Part shown: positions 25,345 to 34,875 of the stretch, piece by piece
Layout of the letters: each line of letters begins with the position of its first letter
How positions within the stretch are numbered: position 1 is the stretch's first letter
Source of the DNA: a virus
Lineage: Duplodnaviria > Caudoviricetes
DNA: 38,903 bases
Strand: one strand, 5' to 3'
IMG/VR virus record: IMGVR_UViG_3300027205_000004
Location: 1-38,903 of that record
Program-made: the position numbers and the translations under genes
Notes under the pieces: model-generated
Told to the model about the DNA's origin: nothing
Database searches by the model: none
Seen by the model: the letters and a program-made list of their open reading frames with translations, nothing else

Positions 25345-26329
25345 TTTGTTCAAGTATTACAAGGAGCTGCCGCATCAAACGGCGGCCATATTTGAACTGG
25401 AATCTGCGTTATTAAAGGTATCGCCTGGTATCTTGAATCGCGATCAGCAATGGTTCAAGACGTGGAGTCAGGCTGGTAAACAAGACAGGTTTGATAACAA
25501 TTGGGATGGTGTTTGCGCTGCTGCCAAGAAGGCTGGCGCGAAGTTCCCTGAACTTGTTGCTGCGCAGTGGGCGTTGGAATCTGGCTATGGCAAGCACGTA
25601 TCAGGTGAAAACAATTTTTTTGGCCTGAAGGGTACTGGTACAACGCGAAACACAAAGGAGTACGTCAACGGACGTTGGATCACAATTCAGGATACGTTCC
25701 TTGATTTTCCTGATCTTGAAACTTGCGTGTTCTACTTGGTAGAGCGGTGGTACAAGGACTATCACGTCTACAAGGGTTGCAACAATGCGGCTGATCGTGA
25801 AGACGCTGCACGTTGGCTGGTAAATGACGGCTATGCCACTGATCCCACCTACGCCGACAAATTGATCAAACTAATGAACCAGCATGTGCAGGGCAAGCCC
25901 GCGAACGACAAGTTCACGCCTGACAAGCCGTTCAACTTCAAGGTGACACCAAATATCACCTACGGCGAACTGGCATTGTTTGACGAGAAGCGCCGGTTTC
26001 AGGTGCAAGCACAGTGCGACACGGCTCTGGAGATGTGCAAGTACTTGGAGAAGGTGCGCAGCCATTTTGGCGGCAAGTCGATCATTATTACTTCTGGCTA
26101 TCGCCCACCAGCCATTAACAAGCAAGTGGGCGGTGCCAGCAACAGCGAGCATCTGTACAACATGACAGGCGTTGGCGCGATTGACTTTTACGTCAAGGAC
26201 GTGGACATCTACGAGGTGCAAGAGTACTGTGATCAGACCTGGCCGTACTCCTTGGGATACGGTGCAACCAAGGGGTTTGTGCATCTAGGCATGCGGCTGG
26301 GTCGTCCACGTATTCGTTGGGATTACTGA
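25313..26329 (+). CDS. Endolysin: GH73 glucosaminidase + peptidase M15
   Basis: AQWALESGYG, NNFFGLKG, GYATDP.Y; ITSGYR..N..VGGA..SEH, A.D, FVHL. Confidence 0.9.
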   Translation: MTTQNRLRLVDLFKYYKELPHQTAAIFELESALLKVSPGILNRDQQWFKTWSQAGKQDRFDNNWDGVCAAAKKAGAKFPELVAAQWALESGYGKHVSGENNFFGLKGTGTTRNTKEYVNGRWITIQDTFLDFPDLETCVFYLVERWYKDYHVYKGCNNAADREDAARWLVNDGYATDPTYADKLIKLMNQHVQGKPANDKFTPDKPFNFKVTPNITYGELALFDEKRRFQVQAQCDTALEMCKYLEKVRSHFGGKSIIITSGYRPPAINKQVGGASNSEHLYNMTGVGAIDFYVKDVDIYEVQEYCDQTWPYSLGYGATKGFVHLGMRLGRPRIRWDY

Positions 26330-26854
26330 GTGTCTGTTCTTTGCGACTGGCAGATCCGCTCTCTGTGTGAAGGCGGCGGCATGATCGTGCCGTTCGATCT
26401 GGAGCTACTTAACCCCGCATCAATTGACGTGCTGCTGGGCGACAACCTGATGATCGAGTCGCCGGTCGATATGACGATGCAGTTGCTCAGCCTGCAGGGC
26501 TACACCGCACAGGATCCTTACTGGCTGCGGCCTGGTGAGTTTGTGCTGGCCGAAACCCGCGAGACGTTTGACATTCCCGAACACATCAGCGGACAGTTTG
26601 CGCTGAAGAGCAGCAGGGCAAGGGAAGGTTATTCCCACATGCTGGCCGGCTGGATCGATCCGGGTTGGCACGGTTCAAAGCTGACACTGGAGCTGCAAAA
26701 TGCACGCAAAATGCATTCACTACCGTTGTATCCGGGACTCAAAATTGGACAGATAATTTTCTTTGAAATGAGTGAAAAACCACTCAAAAGCTATGCCGAA
26801 GTTGGGCATTACAACAACGACACTAAAGTGTCAGCTTCTAAGGTAAATCCCTGA
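26330..26854 (+). CDS. dcd: dCTP deaminase
   Basis: NPASIDV.LG, KSSRAREG, AGWIDPGW.G..LTLEL, IGQI.F. Confidence 0.93.
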   Translation: MSVLCDWQIRSLCEGGGMIVPFDLELLNPASIDVLLGDNLMIESPVDMTMQLLSLQGYTAQDPYWLRPGEFVLAETRETFDIPEHISGQFALKSSRAREGYSHMLAGWIDPGWHGSKLTLELQNARKMHSLPLYPGLKIGQIIFFEMSEKPLKSYAEVGHYNNDTKVSASKVNP

Positions 26855-27152
26855 ACTGGTACATCCAATACCAGATTGCAATTTCATTATCTTGTGTATA
26901 AAAATCTTGCTCTCTATACCAAAGTGTCCATTCTGTTGATCCTTTGGATCCATTGCAGCGCAGGCATGCTGGCACTAGGTTCTCTATCACAGTTTGCCCG
27001 CCGCGATGACGTGGGATGATGTGATCTAGCGATTGCGCTGGCTCATCGCAATAGGCACATTTACCGCAAAAAGCATCAAAGATTTTTAATCTGAATCGCG
27101 CCCTTGTTTCTCTCTTTGGAATCAGACTGGTCTCGTCGATCCAAGAGTGCAT
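26838..27152 (-). CDS. HNH endonuclease
   Basis: CAYC, DHIIPRHRGG, NLVPAC..CN..KG. Confidence 0.9.
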   Translation of the reverse strand: MHSWIDETSLIPKRETRARFRLKIFDAFCGKCAYCDEPAQSLDHIIPRHRGGQTVIENLVPACLRCNGSKGSTEWTLWYREQDFYTQDNEIAIWYWMYQFRDLP

Positions 27153-27186
27153 GACGCGGCTCCGTTTGCACAAATCGTAGGGACGA

Positions 27187-27396
27187 TTGCAGTCGAAAGG
27201 AAGAAGAAAACAGGTGACTCCTCCAGCTTTTTCGCGTGATGGCCATGGTGCCGTCTGGGTACGCTTTGGCGTCAGTGGATATTGGCGTGCGTGGTTTCTA
27301 AAGCAAAGTACGGTGTTCTACCTGCATACCTGCTTTGATACTGAGAGTATGGCAGTATCTGCTGCTCAGACCGCTTATGGAATGGCATCCGATTGA
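27187..27396 (+). CDS. Hypothetical protein (start uncertain)
   Basis: ORF overlapping the next gene; FDTESMAV.AA resembles the end of an AP2-like domain. Confidence 0.4.
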   Translation: MQSKGRRKQVTPPAFSRDGHGAVWVRFGVSGYWRAWFLKQSTVFYLHTCFDTESMAVSAAQTAYGMASD

Positions 27397-27625
27397 ACGC
27401 ACTCAGGAGAGTCAGTTCTCTGAGATCGCTACGGCCAAGATGCTTGAGGAATGGCTGAAGCATGGAGATATCAAAGGGATATACAACGCGGCACTGCTGT
27501 TGAACACCATGCTGCATCAGCAACGGACAATCACGAAATGGCTGGCTGGTGAAGCTGCTCGTAACCTTGGACGGCCTGACCTTGAGGATGACATCCTTCA
27601 AAAATCAATTATTCAGTCGGAGTAG
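27377..27625 (+). CDS. Hypothetical protein
   Basis: ATG 27377; KWLAGEAARNL motif. Confidence 0.6.
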   Translation: MEWHPIERTQESQFSEIATAKMLEEWLKHGDIKGIYNAALLLNTMLHQQRTITKWLAGEAARNLGRPDLEDDILQKSIIQSE

Positions 27626-27776
27626 GCACCATCTGTGCAAGCAGGTGTTCGATGTACATCTCAGCCTGCCACAGGTCATCCGAGTAGCGACACAAGCCAC
27701 CGGCGCAGCTTCTGTAAAGGATGTACGGACCGTCTTCCAGCACGTCGATAAAGGCTCCATTCCGCTTCGAGATCAC
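27609..27776 (-). CDS. Hypothetical protein (YRSCAGGLCRYSDDLWQA)
   Basis: GTG start; protein-like motif; overlaps upstream gene. Confidence 0.5.
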   Translation of the reverse strand: MISKRNGAFIDVLEDGPYILYRSCAGGLCRYSDDLWQAEMYIEHLLAQMVPTPTE

Positions 27777-28116
27777 CTGCGAAACGTGCCAGTTCCGGTG
27801 AATACTCATCGTCGTCCTCATCTTCATCTTCGTACTCTTCATCATCGGGAGTTGCCTCGACAATTTCAAGTAGACGCAATGCCCAACATTTGAGGTCTGC
27901 GATACCTTCGCGGCAGCGCATCAAGTTATCAGACGGCATCTCACCGTTCTGCATAATCTTTGCGCAGGCGTTATCAACCCATTCCTGATGTGAGTCACAC
28001 ATCCACAGCAGAATCCTGATGTGGCCTTCCGTGAACTCGAAGTCAGCGTTTGGGGCGGCCATGACGGGAACCCATCTCCCATGACGGTAGCGAGGCGGAT
28101 GATTGAACGCCTTCAT
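27676..28116 (-). CDS. Hypothetical protein with acidic tract
   Basis: Start overlaps stop of upstream gene. Confidence 0.65.
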   Translation of the reverse strand: MKAFNHPPRYRHGRWVPVMAAPNADFEFTEGHIRILLWMCDSHQEWVDNACAKIMQNGEMPSDNLMRCREGIADLKCWALRLLEIVEATPDDEEYEDEDEDDDEYSPELARFAGDLEAEWSLYRRAGRRSVHPLQKLRRWLVSLLG

Positions 28117-28325
28117 CAGCCCTTGAAGTACTTGGTGAACAGGCCGGTGTAAAGACCACGCATCTTGTGATTCGGCTTATGCCGGCCGTCGATCATGTAC
28201 AACGCGTCAAGGATGTGCTGGCGATTGTCCATCACAAAAAAGTCCTCAGCGCCGTAAAGATCAGGCGTTGTTTTGAGCAGATGAGCAGACACCAATGCTG
28301 CTTGTTTTGCGCTGATCTTTTTCAT
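28116..28325 (-). CDS. Hypothetical protein
   Basis: LY..DGR....H...GLYTGL motif; translationally coupled. Confidence 0.7.
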   Translation of the reverse strand: MKKISAKQAALVSAHLLKTTPDLYGAEDFFVMDNRQHILDALYMIDGRHKPNHKMRGLYTGLFTKYFKG

Positions 28326-28483
28326 CCCAAATCATCCAAATCAATTGAAAGGTGAGCGTAATAACGCTTGCGGGCATAGTCGGCCATCAACTGCCTGTCG
28401 ATCTCAGGATCTTTGTGAACAGGTGGTGGCGGTGGCATCAACGGTTTGAACTTGTCTGGCACATATGCCTTGTTGTTCAGCAT
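28322..28483 (-). CDS. 53-aa hypothetical protein, not in ORF track
   Basis: Manual translation MLNNKAYVPDKF...; fills the operon gap. Confidence 0.55.
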   Translation of the reverse strand: MLNNKAYVPDKFKPLMPPPPPVHKDPEIDRQLMADYARKRYYAHLSIDLDDLG

Positions 28484-28486
28484 GGA

Positions 28487-28738
28487 TCAAGTCTTCGGAG
28501 GAGCAGAAATGATTTTGCGGCCTTCTCCGATGTCAATTTTGGTGGCACCCGGATGCCGATTTTGCAGGATCCGCTCTGCGTCCTTTTTGTTGATAGCACG
28601 CAAGCAACCGCGCAACCGACGCTCGCCAGGCATAACCAGTTCATAGTCGAACATACGTGCATTAGGTGCAACGCAATAGGAGATGCCCGGTCCGCGATTC
28701 GGCTCGACATGCTCAGGAAATAGAGCAGTGAAGTCCAT
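28487..28738 (-). CDS. Hypothetical protein
   Basis: Coupled ORF in the leftward operon. Confidence 0.65.
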   Translation of the reverse strand: MDFTALFPEHVEPNRGPGISYCVAPNARMFDYELVMPGERRLRGCLRAINKKDAERILQNRHPGATKIDIGEGRKIISAPPKT

Positions 28739-29034
28739 CAGAACACTGGAAGGTCGTTCACTCCAGCTTCAGGCTTCTTCGCCCAGACGGTGCCACTGGT
28801 GTATTCGGTGCCGGTGGTGGAACAGCGATCCCAAGCCGAAATGGCCAGCTTGATCACGGTCTTGCCGCCGTAACCTTCTTCACCCGGATGGGCGGTGAGG
28901 TACTCGGCCAGCTTCATGGCCTCTGACAGTTCCAGCTCGATGGTGCCGGTCTTGTCAGGAGCTTTGTCGCTCTTTTTTTGTTTCACCTGGAACAGTGAAA
29001 ACTTGGCGTCAAACGCCGATTCAAAGTTGCTCAT
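28738..29034 (-). CDS. Putative ssDNA-binding protein
   Basis: KKSDKAPD..G, acidic/aromatic C-terminus DLPVF, near annealase gene. Confidence 0.6.
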   Translation of the reverse strand: MSNFESAFDAKFSLFQVKQKKSDKAPDKTGTIELELSEAMKLAEYLTAHPGEEGYGGKTVIKLAISAWDRCSTTGTEYTSGTVWAKKPEAGVNDLPVF

Positions 29035-29209
29035 CTTGAGACTCAAGGATTGCGTAGTGAGATTTGATGATCTCGTTGGCGAGAGAAGAAACAGTGACCC
29101 GTGAAGCACTGTTGTAACGCAGCGCGACTTCACGCTCCATCAGTTGCAATGCTTCAGGGTCAAGGAGTACTTGCACCCGCATTTTGTTTCCTGCGGGAGT
29201 AGCCATCAC
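29021..29209 (-). CDS. Small ribbon-helix-helix-like protein
   Basis: RVQVLLD beta strand, VSSLANEII helix. Confidence 0.55.
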   Translation of the reverse strand: MMATPAGNKMRVQVLLDPEALQLMEREVALRYNSASRVTVSSLANEIIKSHYAILESQDEQL

Positions 29210-29958
29210 TGCTTCAGGTCGGGTTTGCTGCCCAGGTCATCAATGCAGCTTTGGAGCTGATCGACGGACATTTGCGCAAGCTTACTGCCGCTTTCATCAA
29301 GGTCCCACTTGGTGGCTTTGTCCGCGATCCAGGCAATTTGCTGGGTGCGGTCAAGTTTGCGTTGGATCAGATCGACGCAGTTGTCAATGAGACCTTGCTT
29401 GATGTTGGCTTCGCTGTCGGCTGACGGCGCTGATGCATTTGCATCATTTGCAGGCTTGGCGATGCGTTTGCCCGCTGGCTTGGGTGCAGGCTTCTGCGCA
29501 TCCTGTTGCAGTTGAATCTCAGGTTGAGTCTCAACTGATTCACCTGATGCAGTCACCTCTTCCCTTGCCCACAACTCAAACGCCAAGGAGAAGAACGCAG
29601 CAGCGGCAGAACAGATGCCTCGGCGGTGAGAATCTGTGAAATTGCGTGCGCTGATCTTGTCGTAGGGGATGGCGTTGTTGCGTGGATCGGTGATCGGGAA
29701 CGGCCAGATCGGGGTGCTGCAGTTGCCATTGACAAACTGAATGCACAGGTAGCCGGTGCCATCAGGCGCACGATGGACGAAGCAGGAGTCGTCAGCAGCG
29801 ATCAGTTCAGGCAACCAGCCATTGGCGTGCTGATTGATCAACTGCATCACCTTTGCCCAGGCAACGTAGTCGGCGGCGTAGGAGCCAGTCCCTTTCTGTT
29901 TTACGTCAGAAAGAGTGATGACTCCCGCCAGTTGGGGATAGACGGGAGTGCTGGTCAT
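29206..29958 (-). CDS. Single-strand annealing protein, Sak3/DUF1071-like
   Basis: DVKQKG....YVAWA, P.TD.RNNAI, D..RR motifs. Confidence 0.7.
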   Translation of the reverse strand: MTSTPVYPQLAGVITLSDVKQKGTGSYAADYVAWAKVMQLINQHANGWLPELIAADDSCFVHRAPDGTGYLCIQFVNGNCSTPIWPFPITDPRNNAIPYDKISARNFTDSHRRGICSAAAAFFSLAFELWAREEVTASGESVETQPEIQLQQDAQKPAPKPAGKRIAKPANDANASAPSADSEANIKQGLIDNCVDLIQRKLDRTQQIAWIADKATKWDLDESGSKLAQMSVDQLQSCIDDLGSKPDLKQ

Positions 29959-30131
29959 CAGGCGTTGGCCTCGACCTCTTCAATGCCCTGCTCAAGGATC
30001 TGACGCATGGCGACAGCGGCGGGCAGGTTGTGCTGCTTGGCAGCGGCCTTGATGCGTGCATACAGATCAGGCTCGATCTGGAGCATCACGGTCTTCAGGG
30101 TGGAAGCTTTGGCGGTCAGTTGGATGGCCAT
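29958..30131 (-). CDS. 57-aa Arc/CopG-like RHH regulator, not in ORF track
   Basis: KTVMLQIEPDLYARIKAAAKQH....AMRQILEQG; first gene of the leftward operon. Confidence 0.7.
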   Translation of the reverse strand: MAIQLTAKASTLKTVMLQIEPDLYARIKAAAKQHNLPAAVAMRQILEQGIEEVEANA

Positions 30132-30222
30132 GGGAAATGGCGTGAGTACCTGAACACCATACCCACATTCTGGCGTTCGGGGCGAGTCTCAAATAAATTC
30201 CTTGAGACGCACCTGAGGTTAC

Positions 30223-30251
30223 TTGACGGGACTCGGGAATCCCCATAACCT
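30223..30251 (+). promoter_or_regulatory. Sigma70-type promoter in divergent control region
   Basis: TTGACG-17 nt-TAACCT; GTCTCAA/TTGAGAC inverted repeat just upstream. Confidence 0.6.
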
Positions 30252-30272
30252 CAAGTCGCTTTGACGCACTTC

Positions 30273-30902
30273 ATGGAACCCGAAGAAACCACAGGTTCAG
30301 ACGCTTCAATGGTCATCAAGTTGACTTTGGACGCCTTCACCGCCGAAAAACTGCTGCTCAAAAAACCCAGATCCCTTCCCACGGCTACGTTTTGCGCCCT
30401 TTTGATCGAGCAGGTGCTTGACACGCCCGTTACGCTGGCGGAGCGAGCAAAAGCGAGCGAAGCCTCTTCTTCTTATTCTTCTTCTTCTATTAAAGAAGAA
30501 TTACTTTCTAATAATATAGATAGTACGGTCGAATTTCAAAATCCTAAAAAGCCAAAAAGTTCAAAGCGATACACTAAAACGGAGTATTCCGAAGAGTTCG
30601 AAACCTTCTGGAGGCTGTACCAGTCAGCGCCTGATCGGGTGTCCTCCCAAACCAAGCCAAAGGCGTATGACGAGTGGAAGGCCATCACGAAGGAGGATGG
30701 CGCTGAGAGGCTTCTAGAAGCCGCCAGAAGGGCGATTGAGGAGCAGAAGCGCAAGAAGGCCGCTGACGAGTTCGTGGGGAGCCTTCCTGACCTGTTTCGC
30801 TGGCTTCGTGACGGCAAGTACGAGGTGTACCTGGAGGAACACAAACCGCAGCGTGCTGGCCGGTGGTGGGACGAAGGCAACCGCTGCTGGGTTGAGGACT
30901 GA
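30273..30902 (+). CDS. Putative replication initiator
   Basis: YSEEFETFW..Y, K.KAY.EW, RWLRDG.YE typical of replisome organiser C-terminal domains. Confidence 0.65.
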   Translation: MEPEETTGSDASMVIKLTLDAFTAEKLLLKKPRSLPTATFCALLIEQVLDTPVTLAERAKASEASSSYSSSSIKEELLSNNIDSTVEFQNPKKPKSSKRYTKTEYSEEFETFWRLYQSAPDRVSSQTKPKAYDEWKAITKEDGAERLLEAARRAIEEQKRKKAADEFVGSLPDLFRWLRDGKYEVYLEEHKPQRAGRWWDEGNRCWVED

Positions 30903-30934
30903 TTCTTGTTCACCTATCTCACCTGAGTCTCACG

Positions 30935-31255
30935 ATGAAACTGTTCGCACCTGAGCATGCCGGCAAGCACGTCTGGCAGGTCGCTGATGCCAAGACCCGC
31001 TCTGTCAGCTACACGGCCAACAACAGCACCTCGCCACCGCCTGATGCCGTTCATGGTCATCCCCTAGGTCGCTACGACGGTGATGGCCTGTACTGGACGT
31101 TTGTCCCGATGTCCGGCGAGGAAGATCCCAGATCACCGCGTTCTGGCCGCTACAGCAAGCACCCGCTAGCGCAGGAGGAGCAACGCAGGGCAGTCAAGGA
31201 AAAGGTCTGGGGCAGGCTCGATTCTTTTGGTTCTTACAAGGAGACGGAGTTTTGA
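30935..31255 (+). CDS. Hypothetical protein
   Basis: ORF in operon with typical codon usage. Confidence 0.65.
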   Translation: MKLFAPEHAGKHVWQVADAKTRSVSYTANNSTSPPPDAVHGHPLGRYDGDGLYWTFVPMSGEEDPRSPRSGRYSKHPLAQEEQRRAVKEKVWGRLDSFGSYKETEF

Positions 31256-31839
31256 AGAAGCCAACCGTTGTCCTTGACAAACACGAACTTCAACTTTGTG
31301 CAAATGCGGCAAAAACACGACATAGCAATGGCCGCAAAAATAAGCGCAAGGATGTCTCGAGTTCTGCTCATTCATCGTTCATGATTGACTTGATCGGCGT
31401 TTGCGGTGAGGTCGCGCTAATTAAATACTTCGATATGGAGATTGACTGGAATGACATCTTGACTGCTTTTGGCACCACAGATGTCGGCGATTGCTGGGAA
31501 GTTAGAAGTGTCAGCCAGCAGCACTACCACCTCTGTATGTGGACTGGTGGTGGGGCAGATGAGACAAAAATTAAAAAGAAATTGATGGCCGGATGGTCAA
31601 AAGTGGTAGTTAATATCGTCGCTTATCAAAAGGCAACCTGCACGCTTGACGGTTGGGCGTTTGGATACGACATGCGTGACTTTGGGTATCAAACATCCGA
31701 ATCAAATAATCCTTTCAACGCCAACCGAATACAGCGTCCATCTTTGATCTTTGATAATAGTTATTTGCGGCAACACGTTTCACCTGAAAAAGACATGAAT
31801 ATCTTGCGCTACCTCCGTCAAGCATTCACAAACAAGTAA
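31252..31839 (+). CDS. Hypothetical protein, possible PD-(D/E)XK fold; AT-richer than neighbours
   Basis: G..GE.A, DVG...EVRS pattern. Confidence 0.55.
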   Translation: MKKPTVVLDKHELQLCANAAKTRHSNGRKNKRKDVSSSAHSSFMIDLIGVCGEVALIKYFDMEIDWNDILTAFGTTDVGDCWEVRSVSQQHYHLCMWTGGGADETKIKKKLMAGWSKVVVNIVAYQKATCTLDGWAFGYDMRDFGYQTSESNNPFNANRIQRPSLIFDNSYLRQHVSPEKDMNILRYLRQAFTNK

Positions 31840-31851
31840 ACCGTTTTCATC

Positions 31852-32094
31852 ATGTCCCGCCTCAAAAGCTTCACTGAAACTGATGCCATCAAGGCGCTGC
31901 GCCAAGGCGTCGAATCTGGCCGTTGGACGCTGGAAGACCTTGATAAGGCTCCTCCAGGTACTGCCATGAACCTCGCTGAGTTCCGCCGTCATCCAATGGC
32001 TGCAAACTTCAAAGGTGAATTTCCTGCGTACAGAAACCTGTTACGCGAAGCTAGTGATTCCGAAGACATTCCTGAGGATGATTTCATCCTGTGA
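31852..32094 (+). CDS. Hypothetical protein
   Basis: L..G...G.WTLEDLD..PPG motif. Confidence 0.65.
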   Translation: MSRLKSFTETDAIKALRQGVESGRWTLEDLDKAPPGTAMNLAEFRRHPMAANFKGEFPAYRNLLREASDSEDIPEDDFIL

Positions 32095-32822
32095 TCTTCG
32101 TTACCATCCCTGAAAGCAGTAGCGACTTCGTGCCTCTGCAGCGTCTGCCACTGATACAGCGCAATCCTGTAGGGCAGCCTCGCTACTACTGGAACGAACG
32201 TCGTCCTGATCTGCGTTACAGCAGCATCACCTCGATCCTGTCTGCTACGCAATCAGAAGCCACAAAGATGGCACTGCGCCGCTGGAAGGCAAAGATTATT
32301 GCGGAAGGTGGTGATCCTGATGAGACCCGAGATCAAGCCGCCAAACGTGGCTCACAGATTCACGACTGGTTTGAACAATTCTTAAATCGAGAATCACCTG
32401 AGATTCCTGAACACATTGCTCCTTGGTGCGAGAACATCATTAAGGCTCCGCTCTGGAAGCACCTCGATCACGTCGTCTGCACCGAGCATCAGGTCTGCAG
32501 TGATGAAGGGCTGGTTCCTTTTGCCGGCACCTTGGACGCCCTTGTCAAGTTGAACGGTGAGTTCTGCCTGCTTGACCTCAAGACCAAGGCACCGGGCAAG
32601 GCCAAGCCAACCAAGCAGATCAGCGATGAGGCCATGACCCAGATGCAGGCGTATCGTCTCTGTCTGGCCGAGAACTACGGCATTCAGGTGCAACGGTTCA
32701 TCGCCTTGTACGCCTTCCCTGATCAGCCTGCTTTCCCTGTCGCCGCTGCTGGCGCAGACCTTTCTCGCCATGAGACGCATTGGACTCAAAGAATTACCGC
32801 TTTCAGCATGCTCAACCCTTGA
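32091..32822 (+). CDS. PD-(D/E)XK exonuclease
   Basis: SITSIL, RGS.IH, AGTLD, LDLKT, QMQAY. Confidence 0.85.
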   Translation: MIFVTIPESSSDFVPLQRLPLIQRNPVGQPRYYWNERRPDLRYSSITSILSATQSEATKMALRRWKAKIIAEGGDPDETRDQAAKRGSQIHDWFEQFLNRESPEIPEHIAPWCENIIKAPLWKHLDHVVCTEHQVCSDEGLVPFAGTLDALVKLNGEFCLLDLKTKAPGKAKPTKQISDEAMTQMQAYRLCLAENYGIQVQRFIALYAFPDQPAFPVAAAGADLSRHETHWTQRITAFSMLNP

Positions 32823-33033
32823 CGCCTACGGGCAGTCGTGTACAGTATGCAAGTGCCAGAGACGGCTTCCCAATCGTCGCCTCTCTCAACGGCACTCCAA
32901 TCGCCAAGATCACTCAGGACTTCGGTGGCTACGCCCTGTGGCTGGCTGACCGTGAACTGCCGTTCATGGCTAATTACAAACGCACCTTCTCGTCAGTTTC
33001 TGACGCCAAATCATTCCTTGAAATCAGCCTCCT

Positions 33034-33240
33034 ATGAACACCAAAAAGTTTTACTTCGAGATCCGAGGTCACAACGTTATTGATTACGTCGACGCGTACA
33101 GCTTCGTCGATGCCAAGGCGCGTGTATTCAACGAATACAGCCAGTTCTGGAATCAGATCATCTGGCACGACACCACAGATCCAGAACCGACTGAGGACAC
33201 CACGGAACTGCAAGAACGATGCGCCCGTTTGTTTTTCTAA
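33034..33240 (+). CDS. Hypothetical protein
   Basis: ORF downstream of the promoter at 32819. Confidence 0.6.
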   Translation: MNTKKFYFEIRGHNVIDYVDAYSFVDAKARVFNEYSQFWNQIIWHDTTDPEPTEDTTELQERCARLFF

Positions 33241-33291
33241 GTTTTGCTCTTGTCTTCTCTGCTTTCCTGCAACTTCACCAATCGACTACAG

Positions 33292-33633
33292 ATGGACAGT
33301 TATCAACGCAATGCCGAAACGTTGTTGAACGAGTTAGCCCAACTCAAGTACGAACAGCGTGCTATTGAACTCCGCATCAAAGATGTCCAAGCCAAACTCA
33401 CCGTTCATGTCGCTGCTGGTGATATGGAGCATTTGGCGGGCGAGTCTGAAAACAGCTACAAGCACGACAACATCAACTACGTCTTCTCAAACGGACGAGT
33501 CACCTACGACTTCAGCGATTGTGAAGATGTAACCGCTGCAGCCGACAACCTGAAAGAACTGCAATCAACAGCAGTTGCATTGGGTCGTGCTGTGCAAAAG
33601 GTTGGCACTCCTTTCTGGACGGTGCGGGCATGA
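33292..33633 (+). CDS. Hypothetical coiled-coil protein
   Basis: ATG 33292; coupled to next gene. Confidence 0.65.
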   Translation: MDSYQRNAETLLNELAQLKYEQRAIELRIKDVQAKLTVHVAAGDMEHLAGESENSYKHDNINYVFSNGRVTYDFSDCEDVTAAADNLKELQSTAVALGRAVQKVGTPFWTVRA

Positions 33634-33707
33634 CAACAACAATCACACTCGCACTCTGCATCCTGATCGCTGCACTGATCGGCGCTCTTTACATCTCAAG
33701 GTTATGA
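33630..33707 (+). CDS. 25-aa hydrophobic peptide, not in ORF track
   Basis: MTTTITLALCILIAALIGALYISRL; ATGA overlaps on both sides. Confidence 0.5.
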   Translation: MTTTITLALCILIAALIGALYISRL

Positions 33708-33931
33708 CTGAACTCAACGTCATTGACCTCGTCGCAGAAGCCATTCAAGGCCAACACACATGGGATCCCAAGGAACGCTTTCGCCTGCAAGCCAGAGCCG
33801 CCATGGACAAGCTTGCAGACATCCTAGAAGCAGCCATGCTCAACCCTGATGATCCCTTCGTTCCTGACGGCGCCACTGTCGTCAATGCCATTCGCCTCAT
33901 CGCTCGTACACCTTCTGAATACCTGTTCTGA
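33704..33931 (+). CDS. Hypothetical protein
   Basis: ATGA-coupled ORF. Confidence 0.6.
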   Translation: MTELNVIDLVAEAIQGQHTWDPKERFRLQARAAMDKLADILEAAMLNPDDPFVPDGATVVNAIRLIARTPSEYLF

Positions 33932-33934
33932 CCA

Positions 33935-34681
33935 TTGGCTCCCGGCAAGAAAAACACTCGCTCCTGCATCATCTGTGGCACCTCATTCACGCCACAAATC
34001 ATCAGCAAAGATCGACTCTCCAACCGTCGTACCTGCTCGATGGAATGCCGTGGTATCTACTACGGGCGTGTCCGTAAATCTTGGACAGACGATGAGATTG
34101 CACTCCTGCATGAATTTGCAGAATCAATGCCATCTGATCAGTTCATTCGGGTCTTCAATGCACAAAACACCAGCAATGGCAGACCCAAGCGTTCACCAGT
34201 TTCAATTCGTCTCAAAATCCATGAACTGAACCTTTCCCTAGAACCCAAATATCGATACCTCACCGCCAGTGGCTTCGCACGCTTTCTCGGCATCTCCAAT
34301 GATGCTGTCCGCTACTGGTTGCAAATCGGTTTGAAAGGCACCAGAAACCGTGATGTGCCGCGTTCACCCGTTTACATCAAAACTGAAGACCTCTGCGAGT
34401 TTGCTCGCGCCAATCCACGCTTCTTCGGTGGCATCCCACGCACTCAACTGTTCCTTGCAATTGAAGATGCCGATCTTGCTGATTACATCGTCAAGACCTT
34501 TCCCAATCGCAACACCTGCATCAGAAAGCCGATGAAGGTGCGCTGCATTGAAACTGGGAAAATCTACGAGTCACAATCAGCCGCTGCAAAAGCGATGTTC
34601 GTCAACCGCAGCATCATCTCCCGCTCCGTGCGCCGTGGTCACACTGCCAATGGCTATCACTTCGAAAAGATCAACCTATGA
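33935..34681 (+). CDS. Multi-domain DNA-binding protein (Zn finger, HTH, NUMOD1-like)
   Basis: C..CG..F, CS.EC, WT.DE..LL, V.CIETG.IY.S...AA. Confidence 0.7.
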   Translation: MAPGKKNTRSCIICGTSFTPQIISKDRLSNRRTCSMECRGIYYGRVRKSWTDDEIALLHEFAESMPSDQFIRVFNAQNTSNGRPKRSPVSIRLKIHELNLSLEPKYRYLTASGFARFLGISNDAVRYWLQIGLKGTRNRDVPRSPVYIKTEDLCEFARANPRFFGGIPRTQLFLAIEDADLADYIVKTFPNRNTCIRKPMKVRCIETGKIYESQSAAAKAMFVNRSIISRSVRRGHTANGYHFEKINL

Positions 34682-34875
34682 ACACCAAATGCCCTGAATG
34701 CTCCGGCGATAACTTCAAAGTTATCAAGACCTACCCCTGTGAAGATCACACCCTGCGGCACCTCAAATGCCGTTCATGCGGCACGAACGTCTTCACGCAT
34801 GAATACATTATGAAACAGGAGGAATACAGTTGGCAGCGCGTCAACAACACCTACAAGCTTCGGCTCAAGGCATGA
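34678..34875 (+). CDS. Zinc-ribbon protein (NrdR-N/Ogr-like)
   Basis: CPEC...V..T....R...C..CG..F.T.E. Confidence 0.7.
   Translation: MNTKCPECSGDNFKVIKTYPCEDHTLRHLKCRSCGTNVFTHEYIMKQEEYSWQRVNNTYKLRLKA

Noticed and set aside
26330-27152. dcd and HNH as a novel module
   Set aside because: Both are common phage accessory genes; no linked modification cluster is visible.
32091-32822. Cas4 / CRISPR adaptation gene
   Set aside because: Lacks the Cas4 Fe-S cysteine set; fits an ordinary phage PD-(D/E)XK exonuclease.
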